From positions 372,001-436,000 of the forward strand of contig BQFW01000013.1 of the NCBI GenBank assembly GCA_020891255.1: a stretch of 64,000 nucleotides of DNA, in the 5' to 3' direction. The DNA is from Entomortierella parvispora E1425 (lineage: Eukaryota > Fungi > Mortierellomycota). A model generated the notes under the pieces. It was not told the DNA's origin and ran no database searches. It saw only the letters and a program-made list of their open reading frames with translations. Below are positions 1 through 12,952 of the stretch, one piece after another (the first letter of the stretch is position 1; each line of letters starts with the position of its first letter). The position numbers were made by a program, and so were the translations under genes.

Positions 1-2258
1 GATTCGAAAAAGAGGACAAGCCTCGAGTTGGCTTCCCCCAAGGATGAAGAGATCAAAACCTTATTGAAGGCTTCGCTGGAGCAGGCCGAGTTGAAGGCCA
101 AGGAGCGCTCAAAAAAGAGGCTTTCTCAAGTTTTGGATTGTAAGTGGACCCCAACTGCACCAACAACCTTTGACCTGCATAACTTAAAACAAGGGAGAAT
201 ATATGGTCTGACAACTGTTTGTTTATTTCTTTTGTCATGATTGTAGCTCGCGACTCTGGAAAGCACAAGGAGCGCAAGATGAACCGTCGCAGCGATAGTG
301 ATAGCGATGAACCCATTCGACCGAAATCCAAGGACCGTGAAAGGAAGGAAGGTGAGGAACGCAAAAAGCACTCCAGGACTAGTTCAAGCACAGGCATGAA
401 AAAGTCGGCGTCTCTTCCTTCAATAAGCACCACGCAGTCAGGGACAACCAAAAGCACGTCTCTTACGCCTACAACGGCCACTGCGTCTTCAAGTCGACCT
501 TGGGGTAGTAACGGCGATGGAGCCGATACGACATCCACCAAACAAAAGGGGCAGGTAAGGAGAATGTCCTCATCCTCGACTTCTGCGCTTCCAGGCCTCG
601 AGGATGGAGATTCAAAAATCTCGGGATCCAGCAAGAAGCGCAGGGAAGGAGATCGATCCTCTGATGGCTACAGTGGCAAAGTCAAGATCAAGAAAGAGCG
701 GGAAGATGAGGGCCCATCCTTTAGGAGTTTGTCAAAGGCGGACGAGCTCCGTCGGGTGGCTTCGACGCCGTCTTTGTCCAAGGATGGAAAAGCGGGTCGG
801 CATGGATCCAAATCCTCGCTTTCCTCAAGGACGAGCTCTGCACACCTGGGAGCAGGATCTTCGATTGCGACCATCTCACCACCTCTGACAGAGACGTCCT
901 CATCGCCTCCACCACCATCGTCACAGTCGTCTGCTGCGCAAGATTTGGAAAAAAGCCGGAAACGAAGCAGTCAAACATTTGCCTCCCCCAGTGGTTACCT
1001 CAAGTTTGCGGATGATCTCAAACTCGGAAGCACGGCTCAACATAGCCGACAGCGCAGCACGGCTTCAGTTCAATCTTCGCGTCCCGTAGCAGCGGATTCG
1101 ATGGCCCAAGCACCTGTGGAGCCAGATTCGTCAAGAAAGAAGGCAAAGACTTCTCAAGGAGAGTCTAACGCAGAGTCAGGTACCGGTCCTGTCAAGCCCA
1201 CCTCAAAGGCTAGCAGTCAGGTTCACCCCAAGAAGCGATCTGAAAACGGATCCATTCATTTGGCGACTGCCTCTGCTGCAAAGGTATCCTCGGCGAGCGC
1301 TCCTTCAGCGGCCACAGTCGTCAAGACAGAGTCGGGCGAGAAGACCCAAGGCCGGAAGGTCGAGATCAAAAAGGAGGAAACGACCGTAGCAGTGGACGTC
1401 AAGCCCTCGGAACGTTCAGTGCAGGATGCTCAACGGTATCTGCCCCTGTATACTGTGCAACTCTCTGGAGACAGTGGAGAATCAGCCAACGGTGGATCAA
1501 CAGCCTCGACCACGCACTCTACAGGATCGCCAGGACAGTACTTTTGTGTGGTGGACAAGCAAGTGCAGCTTTTGCTTGGATTGGCGCCCGGAAGTCTGTT
1601 TACGCGGTACCCACATTTGCTCCGACGACTGGTCACAAAGCGGGAAAAGGTCCGATTGTGGTCCCCTCTTTCATCCATGGTCTCGGACCGATGTGCGGCT
1701 GCGGTCAAGTTGAATTATGAGGTGTTACCGGCGGAATGTCAGTTCTCGTCCTGGACGAATGCGACGCATGCGATGAGTCGACTGAAGGAACACGAGAAGC
1801 AAAAATTCCTTGGGTGCGATGTGTTCTTTGTTCGTCTGGAGGAGGTAATTGAGGTCATCAAACGGGATTACGCTCAGCTGAACGAGAGCATGATGACGAT
1901 CATGCTTGATATTGGGTATGATGAGGCCGAGATGGAAATTGACCCCGAGGAAGAAGCAGAGGAAGAAAAGCCTCAGGTGAAGGTCAAGGAGGAAGAAATG
2001 GATTGGTCCTCCAAACCTGCAGCTCATTCGTCATCCTTGACCAAGAGTCCTCCTACCTCCTCATTTTCGTCTTCCTCGGAGCCTGTCCAATCAACTACTT
2101 CTCCTCTGAGCTCACCCACCACGCCAACATCTGCCGTCCCCTCGGGCCCTCTTGGATTGGTCCACAAGCTTCGGCGGGTCCCTGCAAAGATGGCGACCAA
2201 GGCCATGTTCAAAGAGATGCAACAGCAACAGCTCCAGCAGTTTCATCCCCAGTCTTGA
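1..2258 (+). CDS. 3' part of a probable ankyrin-repeat chromatin protein (Hos4/Set3C-like) with a long S/K-rich disordered region and a C-terminal winged-helix-like domain; 5'-truncated by the window edge
   Basis: Exon <1-139 (DSKKRTSLELASPKDEEIKTLLKAS, like the end of an ankyrin repeat) joins in frame through GTAAGT..TAG intron 140-246 to the 219-2258 ORF. The C-terminal globular part contains QVQLLLG..GSLFTRYPHLLRRLVT. The family call is tentative. Confidence 0.6.
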
Positions 2259-2662
2259 GAATCCGATCCATCTTTTCCTGCTCCCTGAAGGAGACACCCA
2301 CGAAAAGAAAAAATAAAAATAAACTTAAAAAAAAATAAAAAAAAAAACTTGAAAATTTGTAAAACGCAATTGAACCAAGTTTCGGGTTGAAAGAGTACTT
2401 TTTTTTATTCATGCTGATGGTACAAGTAAAAGATGTCATGGTGCCCTCAAGAGCGGAATTCTTCCGGAAGGTCTCTTATTTTTGTTGTTCAAAGGAGGAG
2501 GTCTCATGGTTTAAATCCGATAAAAAAAAATAAAAAAAAATAAAAAAAAAAGGGAGTGAAAAAAAAAAAGAAAATGAAAAAAATACAGAAACTTCTCAGA
2601 GAAAGAGAGAGAAGGGTGTGGTTTATCTTTGCATCTTGTGAGAACGGGAAAGGCAGGCAGGC

Positions 2663-4586
2663 TTATTCCAGAACCTCGACAATCTTTGGGCGCTTCCTCC
2701 GGTTGCCGACACCAGCGTTGCCCATGGCACCCTCAAGGGTCAGGCCTAGGCCCATGTTTCCGAGTCCGTCGCCAAAGTCACCAGCGTGGCTGGTGGCGAG
2801 GAGAAATCCAGTTGCGCCATTGAGGTTGTTGTTATTGTTGTTTCCATTGAGGGGACCATTGCCGTTCATCAACGGCCCACCCCCCTCTGACTTGATTGAC
2901 AACAAGGTCATGGTCGCGCCTGGATGATGAAACAAGGGCTGGTGAGCGGGAGGGTGAAATGCCTGGTGCTGTTGCTGTTGCTGCTGATGTTGTTGTTGTT
3001 GCTGTTGTTGTTGCTGCTGTTGCTGCTGTTGCTGCTGTTGCTGCTGCTGCTGATGTTGATGCTGTTGCTGTTGCTGCTGCTGTTGCTGTTGGAGTTGCTG
3101 AGGATGTTGAGGCGCAAACGAGTAGGACATCATGGAAGGGCCGGCAGAAGCGGATGAGTAAGGAGGTCCAATGGGAGACATGATCCCAGTCGTTGACACT
3201 GATGAGGAACCAGGCATGGACATGGGCATTGAGGAATGAATACCGGAGGAGGACAACGTGGACGACAGATTACTACGATGATGTGAGTTCATCATAGCAT
3301 GATGTTGCTCCTGCAACGCTTGGGCTTGTTGCTGTTGTTGTTGCTGTTGCTGTTGCTGTTGCATCTGACCGTTGAAATCTGACTGCAAACTACTCTCGTC
3401 AGAGCCCAAGTCAAGTCCATGCTTGTTCGACTGGCCTCCATTAAACAAATGCCCACCATCTGACGCACCGGAGTTCATCAATTGTCCGTCCAATCCGTTC
3501 AAGATCAACATTCCTCCGAGTTGAAGCCCCAACCCCATAGAACCGTTGGCATTATTCCGCAGATCCTCTGGACTGCCGCTGCCGCTGTTTCCATTACCGG
3601 TGCCATTGCCACTACTGCTGTTATTGTTGCCGCTGTTATTGCTGCCGTTGTTATTGACGTTGGTGCCGTTGGTGCCGTTGGTGCCGTTATTGTTTCCGTT
3701 TCCGTTTCCGTTCACGTTTCCATTGTCGTTATGTACAAGTTGCAGGCTCGAGGGTCCTGCTTGGGGGTCATGGAAATCCGTGAGCGAAAGCTGCATTACA
3801 TTGTGAGGGCCACCTGTAGCGATGATGGCCCCGCCATCTGATGCACCACCGTTGACAAGACCGCCAGCGCCGCCAGCACCTGCAGAACCATTTGAACGGT
3901 AAAGCAGTTGTAACCGGGCTTCATCCTGGCCCGAGCCCAACTTGATATACCGCAAATGCTGACAGTGCTTCTCCAACATATTAAGCAGTCCAGCCTTGGA
4001 GAACGGCTTTGGTAGGATATCGTTCATTCCGTTGGCGAAATAGGTCATGATATCGTTCGACGTTGTGTTTGAAGTCATACTGATGATGGGTGTCATTGCG
4101 TCAAACTGTCGAATCTGTGTCGTGGCCGAAACACCGTCCAACTTTGGCATCATGATATCCTAGAAATAATAAGGTTAATCGGTCGAGGTGAGTGACAAGG
4201 CTGGGGGTTTTGTCATGGTTGCAAAGATGGTTTTTTTTTTTGTCATAATGGGTCTTACCATCAACACAATGTCGTATTTTTGATGCGTCATCTTGCCCAC
4301 AGCTGCCACACCGTCCTCTGCGACATCAAATGGACATCCAAAGATCTGCAATAACCGAGAGCTGAGTTGCCGGCAAGTATCGTCATCCTCCACCAGCAAA
4401 ACCTTGGGCGCCATAGCCCAGCTGGGGATACCCAGGCCACTCCGTTGAATCGTCATGGCCGATTCATTGGGGTTTGCCTCGGTAGCGTATTGTTGCTGCT
4501 GCTGTTGCATCAAGTGCTGCTGCTGCTGCATTTGCATCTGCTGCTGTTGATGTTGCATCTGCTGCTGTTGCTGCTGTTGTTGCTGT

Positions 4587-4618
<32 letters not shown>

Positions 4619-6861
4619 TTCTTGTCGTAGACGTTGCTGCTGCTTAAGTGTCAACGTCCTTTGCTTTTGCGTGGGCTTGGGACTTGGTTTGCTAACACTG
4701 TCCGCGTTCTTCTTGGAGGTGAGATGACTGAGGGTCAAGGAAGGGATGCCCAGGCTAGGGTCTTGACACATCAGGGGGTGGTGAAAGACGTTTTCGCCAT
4801 AGGATGCAGAGGATGACCGAGCCGTGAAATGCATGGCGGAAGAAGTGGAGGGTGCCGATGAAGTCTGAGAGGCAAGAGGTATCGTTGAGGCAGTCTCGGA
4901 GGGTCCAGGGGGGCCAGTCATCTGTTGCGAGATATGGACTTCTGGTGGAGACGCCGAAGACTGTTGTTGTTGAGGAGGTGAGTTGAAGGATGCCTGTTGG
5001 ACTTTTTCCGACTGTTGCTGTTGTGACAAAGCAACATGCTGCTGATGTGGTTGCGTCAGCAGCCTTCCATTCTTGCGCTGTTGGGGACTTGTGCTTGTGG
5101 GTGTGACTGACTTTGATTTGACTGCACCCTTGATGGCACTGTCGGTGAGCTCCATGGACTCGTTCTTCACCAATGAACCATCGGCTAGGGAAAGAAAAAC
5201 AAGAGTTGTCAGCAAAGGGAAGACAACACGAATAAAAAATAAAATATACCTTTTTCAGGATATACAGACAGCGCCACCAAAAAGAAAAAGTAAGATTTCC
5301 CGCTTACCAGTGCAAGTGTATCCAAGCTCCTGCAACAGCCTCTGGATCAATTGGTCCTGCGCCTTGATCTTGGCATCGCACTTTGTCAGCTCCGCTTGCA
5401 TCTTTGCTTGCGTTTTGGCCATCTGGTCAAACTGGGCTTGATATTCTTCCGATATGGATGCAGCATGGTCCGGTGAGGAACCCAACATGGCGTTAGGCAA
5501 CTTTTTGTTGCTGGGCGTCTTGCGCTAATGAGAGAGAGGAAGAGAGACAGAGATGCAGCGAGGAGAAGGGGGAGATAATAAAAAAAGAAAAAAAAAAAAA
5601 GAAAAAAAAAAGAGTTTAGATGGCTATTTCCTGATTTTTAAAAATCAGGAGATGGCGGAGGGGGATTGATTGTCTAAGAATGAAATGGTTCCCGCCAAGG
5701 TGACGCCAACGGCTATTTCTGTTTCGAAGGTTAGCAAAAGGCGTAGAGGTGTGGTTCATCCATTACCTTGATGTTCTCTAGGAGGTCCTTCTTGTCCACT
5801 TGGAACTTTGGATGTTGAAACTCCCAAGCCTATGTGGTAGGTCACAAGATCGAGTCAGAATGCTGTACAACCTGACAGTGCAGCCACGTTTCTTTCTTTT
5901 TCTATCCTCTTCTCTCCTCGTGGAGAGCGTGCTCTCTTTTCTCATGTTTGCTTTGTTACCTGATCTCCATAGGGTTTCGCAGAGTCTTCTGTTGTTTTGA
6001 TCTTGTGAAAGTCATACTTGTTCAACTGGCGGACAAAACTTGCGAAGTTGTTGTGCTTGAAATGCTTGGGCAGGATGACCTTTGCAAACTCGTTAGGCTC
6101 CTTGACCACAAAGGTCTCGCCAGTCTTGCCCCACGAGACAATCAGGTCATGCTCTTTCTCCTCCAGCATCCTAAAGAGTTTTGAAAGATTGTGCGGCAAC
6201 AAACAAAAGGTCGGAAGGGAACCTGGTTAGCTTTCCTGCAATAGACAAGGAACATATGATATGAAGCACACTCGAAACACGATCTCTGCCCTCTGCGGCA
6301 AACGCAGGGATGGGCTCTCTTGTTCTGCAAGAGAATAAGATATGTAAACAATAAAAAAAAACTCCTTCCCTCCCTCCTCTTCCGATGAATGGTTGACAAA
6401 GAACAGGATGGTGGATGTCCGAGTGGGTGGTTTCTGAAGGCGCAAGCGCCTGCAAGCTTCACTCGATCGTCGTGGCTTGTGCGAAGTGCATTATCCGTCA
6501 TTGCAAATGAGCAAAATCTACACGATCTGTCCAACGGATTAAACCTGCTCCTGCCCTCAGTTTTCTTTTCCTCTTTTCCAGTCTTAGCACTGACGCGCAC
6601 TCTCGAGCTAAGAGTGCGTCAAAATGGCGCTAACGAAAAAAAGAAACTCTCTTTTTCTTTCTTTTTTTTTTTTTTTTTTTTTTTTGTCAACTGGTGGGTA
6701 ACTTGCCTGTAGAGCTTCTTGACAAAGTCAGGGACGCCACTGCCAGAGCCGGCGGCAGCAGCGTCGGGAAGATCCTCGGCCAGCGAAGGGTCTGTAGAGT
6801 CCAAGGGGAAAGCGGAGGACATGAGGATATCCTGCTGTTGGAGCAATGTTGTGGCAGCCAT
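2663..6861 (-). CDS. SKN7: HSF-domain response regulator transcription factor (Skn7/Prr1 family)
   Basis: Exons 6861-6707, 6170-5960, 5829-5767, 5524-5308, 5184-4259 and 4159-2663 join in frame. HSF DBD: FVKKLYRMLEE..WGKTGETFVV..LPKHFKHNNFASFVRQLNKYDFHK..WEFQHPKF. A coiled coil follows. Receiver domain: KVLLVEDDDTCR..YDIVLM|DIMMPKLDG..PIISMTS..KPF. Confidence 0.95.
2950..3110 (-). repeat. CAG/CAA trinucleotide tract encoding polyQ in SKN7 (further tracts near 3320-3362 and 4490-4640)
   Basis: (tgc/tgt)n runs on the + strand translate to long Q/H runs in the SKN7 frame. Confidence 0.9.
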
Positions 6862-7686
6862 TTGAGAGTCTGAAGAGTTTGCCTCGTCACGCTCGGCTAA
6901 AGGACGCTTCTTGGCCCTCTTTCTGTCGTGGGTCGTCAGGGTGAGGGTGAGGGTGGGAGACAAGAAAAGGAGTGGATCCGCGGAAACAGAGAAAGAGAGA
7001 AAACGCGGGCGGGAGGGTGTGAGTGTGGTACGGGATGATGGGACCACGAAGGGATAGAATAGATAACGAAGGCAAAGGGGAAAATAGAGAGAGAACGAGA
7101 GGAGAGAGAAGTGCAGGGATGACGATGTGGTTGTCCTGCTTGCTAGTTCTCTCTGTCGCTGTGTTTGCTAGCTGAATAGATAGCAAAGAGTCGGAGAGCG
7201 AGGGAGACAGGGACGAAATAACGGCTTTGGGCTCTAAAGGAGGGAGACAGAGAGCGAATGAGAAGGAAGAGAAGGAAGAGAAGGAAGAAAGAAAGAAAGA
7301 ATGGATGTGAGAATCAGCGATCGATCAGAGTGGAGACGGAGGAGGGGTGTTGCGGTAGCGGTTGCGGTTGCAAATCAAACGGGCGACTGCGACATGCACT
7401 GGACTCGACTGTGCCACCACTCGGCGCATTGCGCTTTGCTTAAGGCAAGCTAACCATGCAAACGCAAACACAAACACACAGGGAGAGAGCCAAGGAGAGG
7501 AGAGAGGGAGGGCGGGAGAGCAACATGCGTGGGACAGGAGCCAAGGAGAGTGGGAGGAGGTGCCAACAGAGTGATTCTGTCTCATTGGGGGGGGCAGAAA
7601 GGGTACCTGTGTTGTCTAAGGGGAGGTGGGTGCGTCTGTGCTTGTGAGGGAGTGAGATTGAGCGAGTGAGTGGATGACGACAGCAA

Positions 7687-7750
7687 GGATGCGGATGAGG
7701 ATGAGGATGAGGATGCGGATGAGGATGAGAGGATGAGGATGAGAGGATGA
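7687..7750. repeat. (GGATGA)n hexanucleotide microsatellite
   Basis: Imperfect tandem ggatga/ggatgc units are directly visible. Confidence 0.85.
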
Positions 7751-10700
7751 AAAGAGCGGGGATGAAAGAGAGGGAGATGCAGACCAACAGACACACAGAG
7801 AGAGAAAGAGAAAAAGAGAACAAGACAAAAAGAGGAAAGAGAAAAAAAAAGGAGGGGGAACCCGATTGAATCTCCCCGACAGACACAGACAGACAGACGA
7901 GAGCCAAGCAGACCGACTGAGTGGACCTGCGTCGAGTCAGTCCCGTCGCAAGGTTCAGTCCAGCCGCTGCGAGTGGACGAAGGGCAGGCTGGTGGGGGGG
8001 GTGAGGGGGTGCTCAACCTATTCGAGCTCAGGAAAACGTGCGCACCCTGCCTGCAATTGTCCGACAGGTCAACACTGGCTCCCTGCCCCGACCACATCGG
8101 TCCAACTCATCACTGCCACCCACTCGCGCGCAGGCCATTCAAATCAACCCAACCAACCAACCCAACCAACCAGTCCCAAGGATATTTCTTCTCGACCACC
8201 CACACGGGCAGACCAGTCAAAGAGCGATCCTCTGTCTCTCCCGTCCTTTCCCCCCTCTCTCCGCGTCTCCTCCCTCTTTTTTCTACTCGGTGACCTTTCT
8301 TTGAATATGCTTATTTTTACCCGCACGAGCATCAATACGTCGTCTATCGCGCACGCAGCATGCATGCATGCAGCAGAGCTGCAGATAGAATTGAGCAAAA
8401 GGCAGCGCAAAAAGACAAAGTGCGAGAATAGGATCGGACAGGATAGGGGGGGACCCTTCATTTCATTCAACGATACACCCTGTCCGTGTGTTTTAGTGTC
8501 TATCCATCTCTCCATCTCTCTCACGCACATTGACCCCACCCTTCACCACACATCTTTTCCCCCGTCTTTTTTTTTTCCTATTTCTCACTCACTCCCTCTC
8601 CTTCCCTCCCACAGTTTCCACCCTCTCAACAAAGAATGAAAAAAAAAAAAAAAATGATGAAATGAAAAAAAGAAAACGAAAAATGAACCGAAATAAGATT
8701 CTGTCTCTGTGATTGGTCCGTGGCCATCTGCTCGCCATGTCCTGGTGAGAACCGACAAAAAAGAGCGATGTTTGGTCGGTCTGAGTGAATGTCCAGTGGG
8801 GATCCCTCGTCTTTGACTTTATCGCTCTCGTGCAAGCCAAGGGTCAAATTTGGTCCCGGGTCACTCTCTCACTCAATCACTCGCCCACTCTGTGTCCGCC
8901 TGTGCTGCTGCTGCTGCTCTCTCCGCTCTCTCTCCTTTTGCCGCCAAGATGATGGTCTATCCTCCCCCGGGGCACACCATCTCTTCTTTTTTTTTCGCCT
9001 GTGCTCCACGAACTAGCAAAGGGAGAACCCTGCTCTTGTCATCCCTTTCATTGTCTCTATCTCTCCACCTTTTTCCGTATTCCGTCCTGCACTCTTTTTG
9101 ATTGCAATCATCCGCTTCTGTGCCACCGTCTTTGGTCCAGTGGCGACAAGAAAAAAATAATAATAATAAAAATCTACATGGCATGCTAGAGAGCAACGGA
9201 CTCATCCATCTACTTCTTTTCTCCTTTTCTCGGCTGGAGAGGAAAATCCCCCCATGCCCCCCTGTCTCTCTTTCCCTTGGAAAAACTTCAGGGATCCTCT
9301 TCCTTCTGCTCTAATCCCCAGCCCAGTTACTGCAAATCCTCTCCCCCTCTTTCGAAATAAAGAAGTACCCTGGTTCCTGAAAGATAAAATTCCGCGCTCA
9401 AATTAGAGTTGATTGCGAGATGGACTCAAATGGGAAAAGCGTGTCGGGAGGGGGATGTCTTTTACTTTTCCCCCGCTCAATCTCCTCCCCTCTCTGTTGT
9501 CTGATCTCTCCTATTCCTCCTTGGCTCTCACGCCCTTGATCAATTACCAGCAGATTTTTCAATTGCTCGCGATTGAAGGATCCATCAACTCAAAAAACAA
9601 AAACAACGTTCAGGTTGAGACCCAGGGTATTCTTCTCTTACAGTTCAGTACCGTACCTACCTTTTTTTTTGTGTGTGTTTTTTGGGGGAGTCCTTTACCA
9701 GCGAGAGTACATCGATAATGGCGGGCTTGAAAGGTGTACAGTATAGAATATAAAAAGGCGTGTGCGTTTTTCTGCAGAGTGGTAGCTTATCAGGAATGTC
9801 CGGTGCAGGACCGTTGGAGTCACTGCAGGGGGGGAGAGAAAAAGAGAGAGAGAGAAGAGGGGAGAGAGAGGAAGGTGAGACAAGTCGCGAAGAATACAAA
9901 CAAACACTGCAAGGTGAGAGAGGGAGGATCAAGAAGGTGAAGAGCGGAAAAGGGAAGAAAAAAAAAACGGTCGCAACCAATGAAGAATGAGAATGCGAAT
10001 GAAAAAAGACAAAACTATGAGCGTCGAGCCGCGAAATGCCAAAGACAGGGAATCTGAATCCGTGGGTTACCCATGTTCATGAGATTTTGCCGAGAAACAA
10101 CCTTGACCCGCATTTGGGTTGTTGTCACCATCTGATTTCAAATGCTCTCCACTCAAGATTGCAGTTCCCACTGGAAGGCGCGCGCGCATCCGTCTCTGTG
10201 GCACCCCAGACAAGAAGGCTCTTGGTGCCAAATCAAAACATGGGGGAGAGACGTGAGGCAAGAGGCGTTTTTTTTTGTGTCTATTCATCCCAAGCTGTCC
10301 CACGCTGCACCTCGCGACGCTCTTCGCAATGGTCATCTCCTCGCTTTGCTGCATTCTGCCGCCTGCAGCTCCTGGCGTGCACTGCCACGCAAGTAATCTC
10401 TGCTCAAAGGTCAATTGGGGTTAGTTTCCTTTTCCTAGCTCCACGGCGCCACTAGGTGAGTGGGAGATCTTTTTGAGATGGGCCTCCTCCATTTGAAAGT
10501 TTGTTTTCTGGAGACCACTCTACTTGTTGAAAAAAAAAGGATCCATGTCGACACAACGGACAGTAGAAAATGTCAGCCGTTATGGACTGACAGGTCTGAA
10601 CAAGCACGCACGTCTCCTCTATTGAGAGCGCGTGAGAGATGAGAGCAGCAGCAGAAAACATGACGAAAAAACCATCATTGGCACGCAACGAAAGTGAGAA

Positions 10701-12952
10701 AGACTCCATAAAATATAACGACTGAGGAAAGGAGCTGGGACTTCCAAGATAGAACCATTGGAGCTCGGGTGTGCGTGTTCAGGCTGGCCAGTACGAGACG
10801 CGAGAGCCTAAAGAGCATATGGCGAAGGAATACAGAGGTGAGCAATCAGTGCAGACTGCACATGTCGTTCATATCGGCAGGGACCTGACTTCCATTGAGC
10901 ATGTCCAGGCACACGCGCGTACGCAGAGATTCAGGCATCGCGGTACCCTGACCAAATAACACGTACGCTCATTCTAACTTCTACCAGGGCGGCAGAAGAA
11001 GGAGAGTCAGCAACTGCACCTTTGCCACTCGGAAGAACAGAGCGTAGAAGCAACCTCATTCATTATTGTCACGACGGTCGCACCACTTAAGAGACCTGTG
11101 CAATCCCCCCGAGTTGGCAGATGGCGCTTTTTTTGTAGTGCATTATATAATCTTTCTGTCTTCAACTGTTTCTCGGTGAATTGTTTTTGGCAACAACAAA
11201 AGAGACAAGCAATTGTCGTCTGTAAATAACATCTTTGAGGCCATCGGTCCAACGACTTCCGAGACACTCTATGAAGCCCAATGATGACATGGCATGCTGC
11301 GACTGTTGTTGTCCGTCTACGAGCCACAGTCCGAGACCATTGCTCTCGTTTGGTTTCCTTTCGACTCTTCCGTTCATGCACCTTCCACCCTAATGTTTAA
11401 TTTGTTGTCGCACTGACTTGCTGCTGACTACAGCCATGACTGCTGCTGCCGGTGCTCTTGTTTTTTTATTTCTTTTGGTGTTCATGCAATGGCGAGGTTC
11501 ATTATTCCTGCTTCAACCTGGAGGGCAAAGTTCAGCTTTTTTTTTTTTTTTGAGTGAGATGGATGACTTTGCATGGTCCCACACCCGCCCACTTGTCTGT
11601 GCGACCATGGTGCTGCACGCACGAAGGGCAGAAACATCACAGATGAAGAAAAAAAAGTCAGATGAACACCATCGCAGAAATGTTGCCAAGACTCATACTT
11701 TTACATATTAGATATATTAGAGGATTGAGAAGGGTCTTTTCTATTCATTTTCCTCATCCAGAGTCGTCTTTCTAGATATCAGTCAATAACACCTTAGACA
11801 TTGGGGGAAAAGGTCAAGAAAAAAAATGCTCTCAGCCGAGGGGGGAGGGGAACAAATCTTTATTCTCTTAGTCTCCTAGATGGTTGTGGGGGAATCGAGG
11901 CGGGCAAGGGTGGATGCTGTCATGTGGGACAGTGGGAAAAGTGGAGGGAAAGAGAGTTGACATTTCCCTTTGCCAAACCAAGGAGGAATGGTCCAGGTCA
12001 AGAACAGACCATAAATATTGGTGGCAAAATACAATTTTGTCGCGAAAAATGTCGACGCGTTTCATGTTGAAAGTGTCTTCCGAGTCGACGACTTGTCTTT
12101 GCAAGGCCATAGTACAAAAATGGGTGAATAGAAGCGGAAACTGAAGTGGGGCTTGAAGCGGGACGACAGACAATGCACTGGCACTTTTGCCTGACCCGCG
12201 CGATTCCTGCAAGATTGTGTCTGTGCACGCATTGGAAAAAATGAGAATGGGACCAGTCCACCCACTGCCATCCAGCCGTTCATTCTTGCTCTGGCAGCGA
12301 TATCCATTCAGGGACGAATTGTTCGCTTTGGTCGCTTCCTGTTCTCCACAACAACCGCAACATACGGTGCGTTGGGGGGTGTATTGGTCACAGTTTCATG
12401 GTCGCACAAGACCAAACAAGGACCTAAAGGAAACAAACAACAAACCTTGATGATGCCACAAGAACAAGCATTCGTCAAGACGCAGCTGAAGAGAGGAGAG
12501 TAGGTAGAGCAAAGCAAAGGAAAAAGAACCGTTGGACTCAAAACTGTCGCTCGGTTGGACTCCAACTTTAACGAAGATCCACCTGGAGGTTGTCCCCCCA
12601 CCCTCGGAGGTGGAGGATGCCGTTTCGTCCTGTGCCTGTCCTGCTGACACATGATCGCATCGGTCATCCGCAGCTTTCTTTGGCTTTCAGTTTTTTTTTT
12701 GTTCGCTGCATATTGCATACGCAGAGGCACGGCTGTCATGTTGTCTCTCTCTCTTTCTCTTCCAACCGCCAACCCTTCAACACAAAAAAAAACGAGGAGT
12801 ATCCTTTCGAGATTTTTTCTTTCCTACTTTCTCTTTCTTTCCCTCCTTTTCTTTTTCAATCACCTGCTCTCCATCTTGCCCTCGAATAATTCAAACCAGG
12901 CCAAGCCAATAGTCAAAACCACAACAACAACAAACAACCTCCCATTTCGCGA

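Noticed and set aside
6862-7047. In-frame upstream extension of SKN7 (RKRAKKRPLAERDEANSSDSQ)
   Set aside because: There is no ATG in the open frame and no upstream ATG exon was found, so it is more likely 5' UTR after a non-coding exon. It cannot be fully excluded.
7866-8639. 257-aa ORF and many 60-200-aa ORFs in the intergenic regions (e.g. 24442-25221, 43971-44594)
   Set aside because: They are translations of microsatellites and purine/pyrimidine tracts (L/S/F- or R/E/K-rich), often with non-ATG starts and no domain motifs.
8654-8784. ATGATGA ... CTGA pair resembling a C/D snoRNA
   Set aside because: The box C arises at the end of a poly-A run, there is no terminal stem, and I could not recognise an rRNA-complementary guide.
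12799-12807. GTATCCTTT (U12-type 5' splice consensus) upstream of INSIG
   Set aside because: No TCCTTRAC branch site at a suitable distance from an acceptor, and the INSIG coding introns are U2-type.
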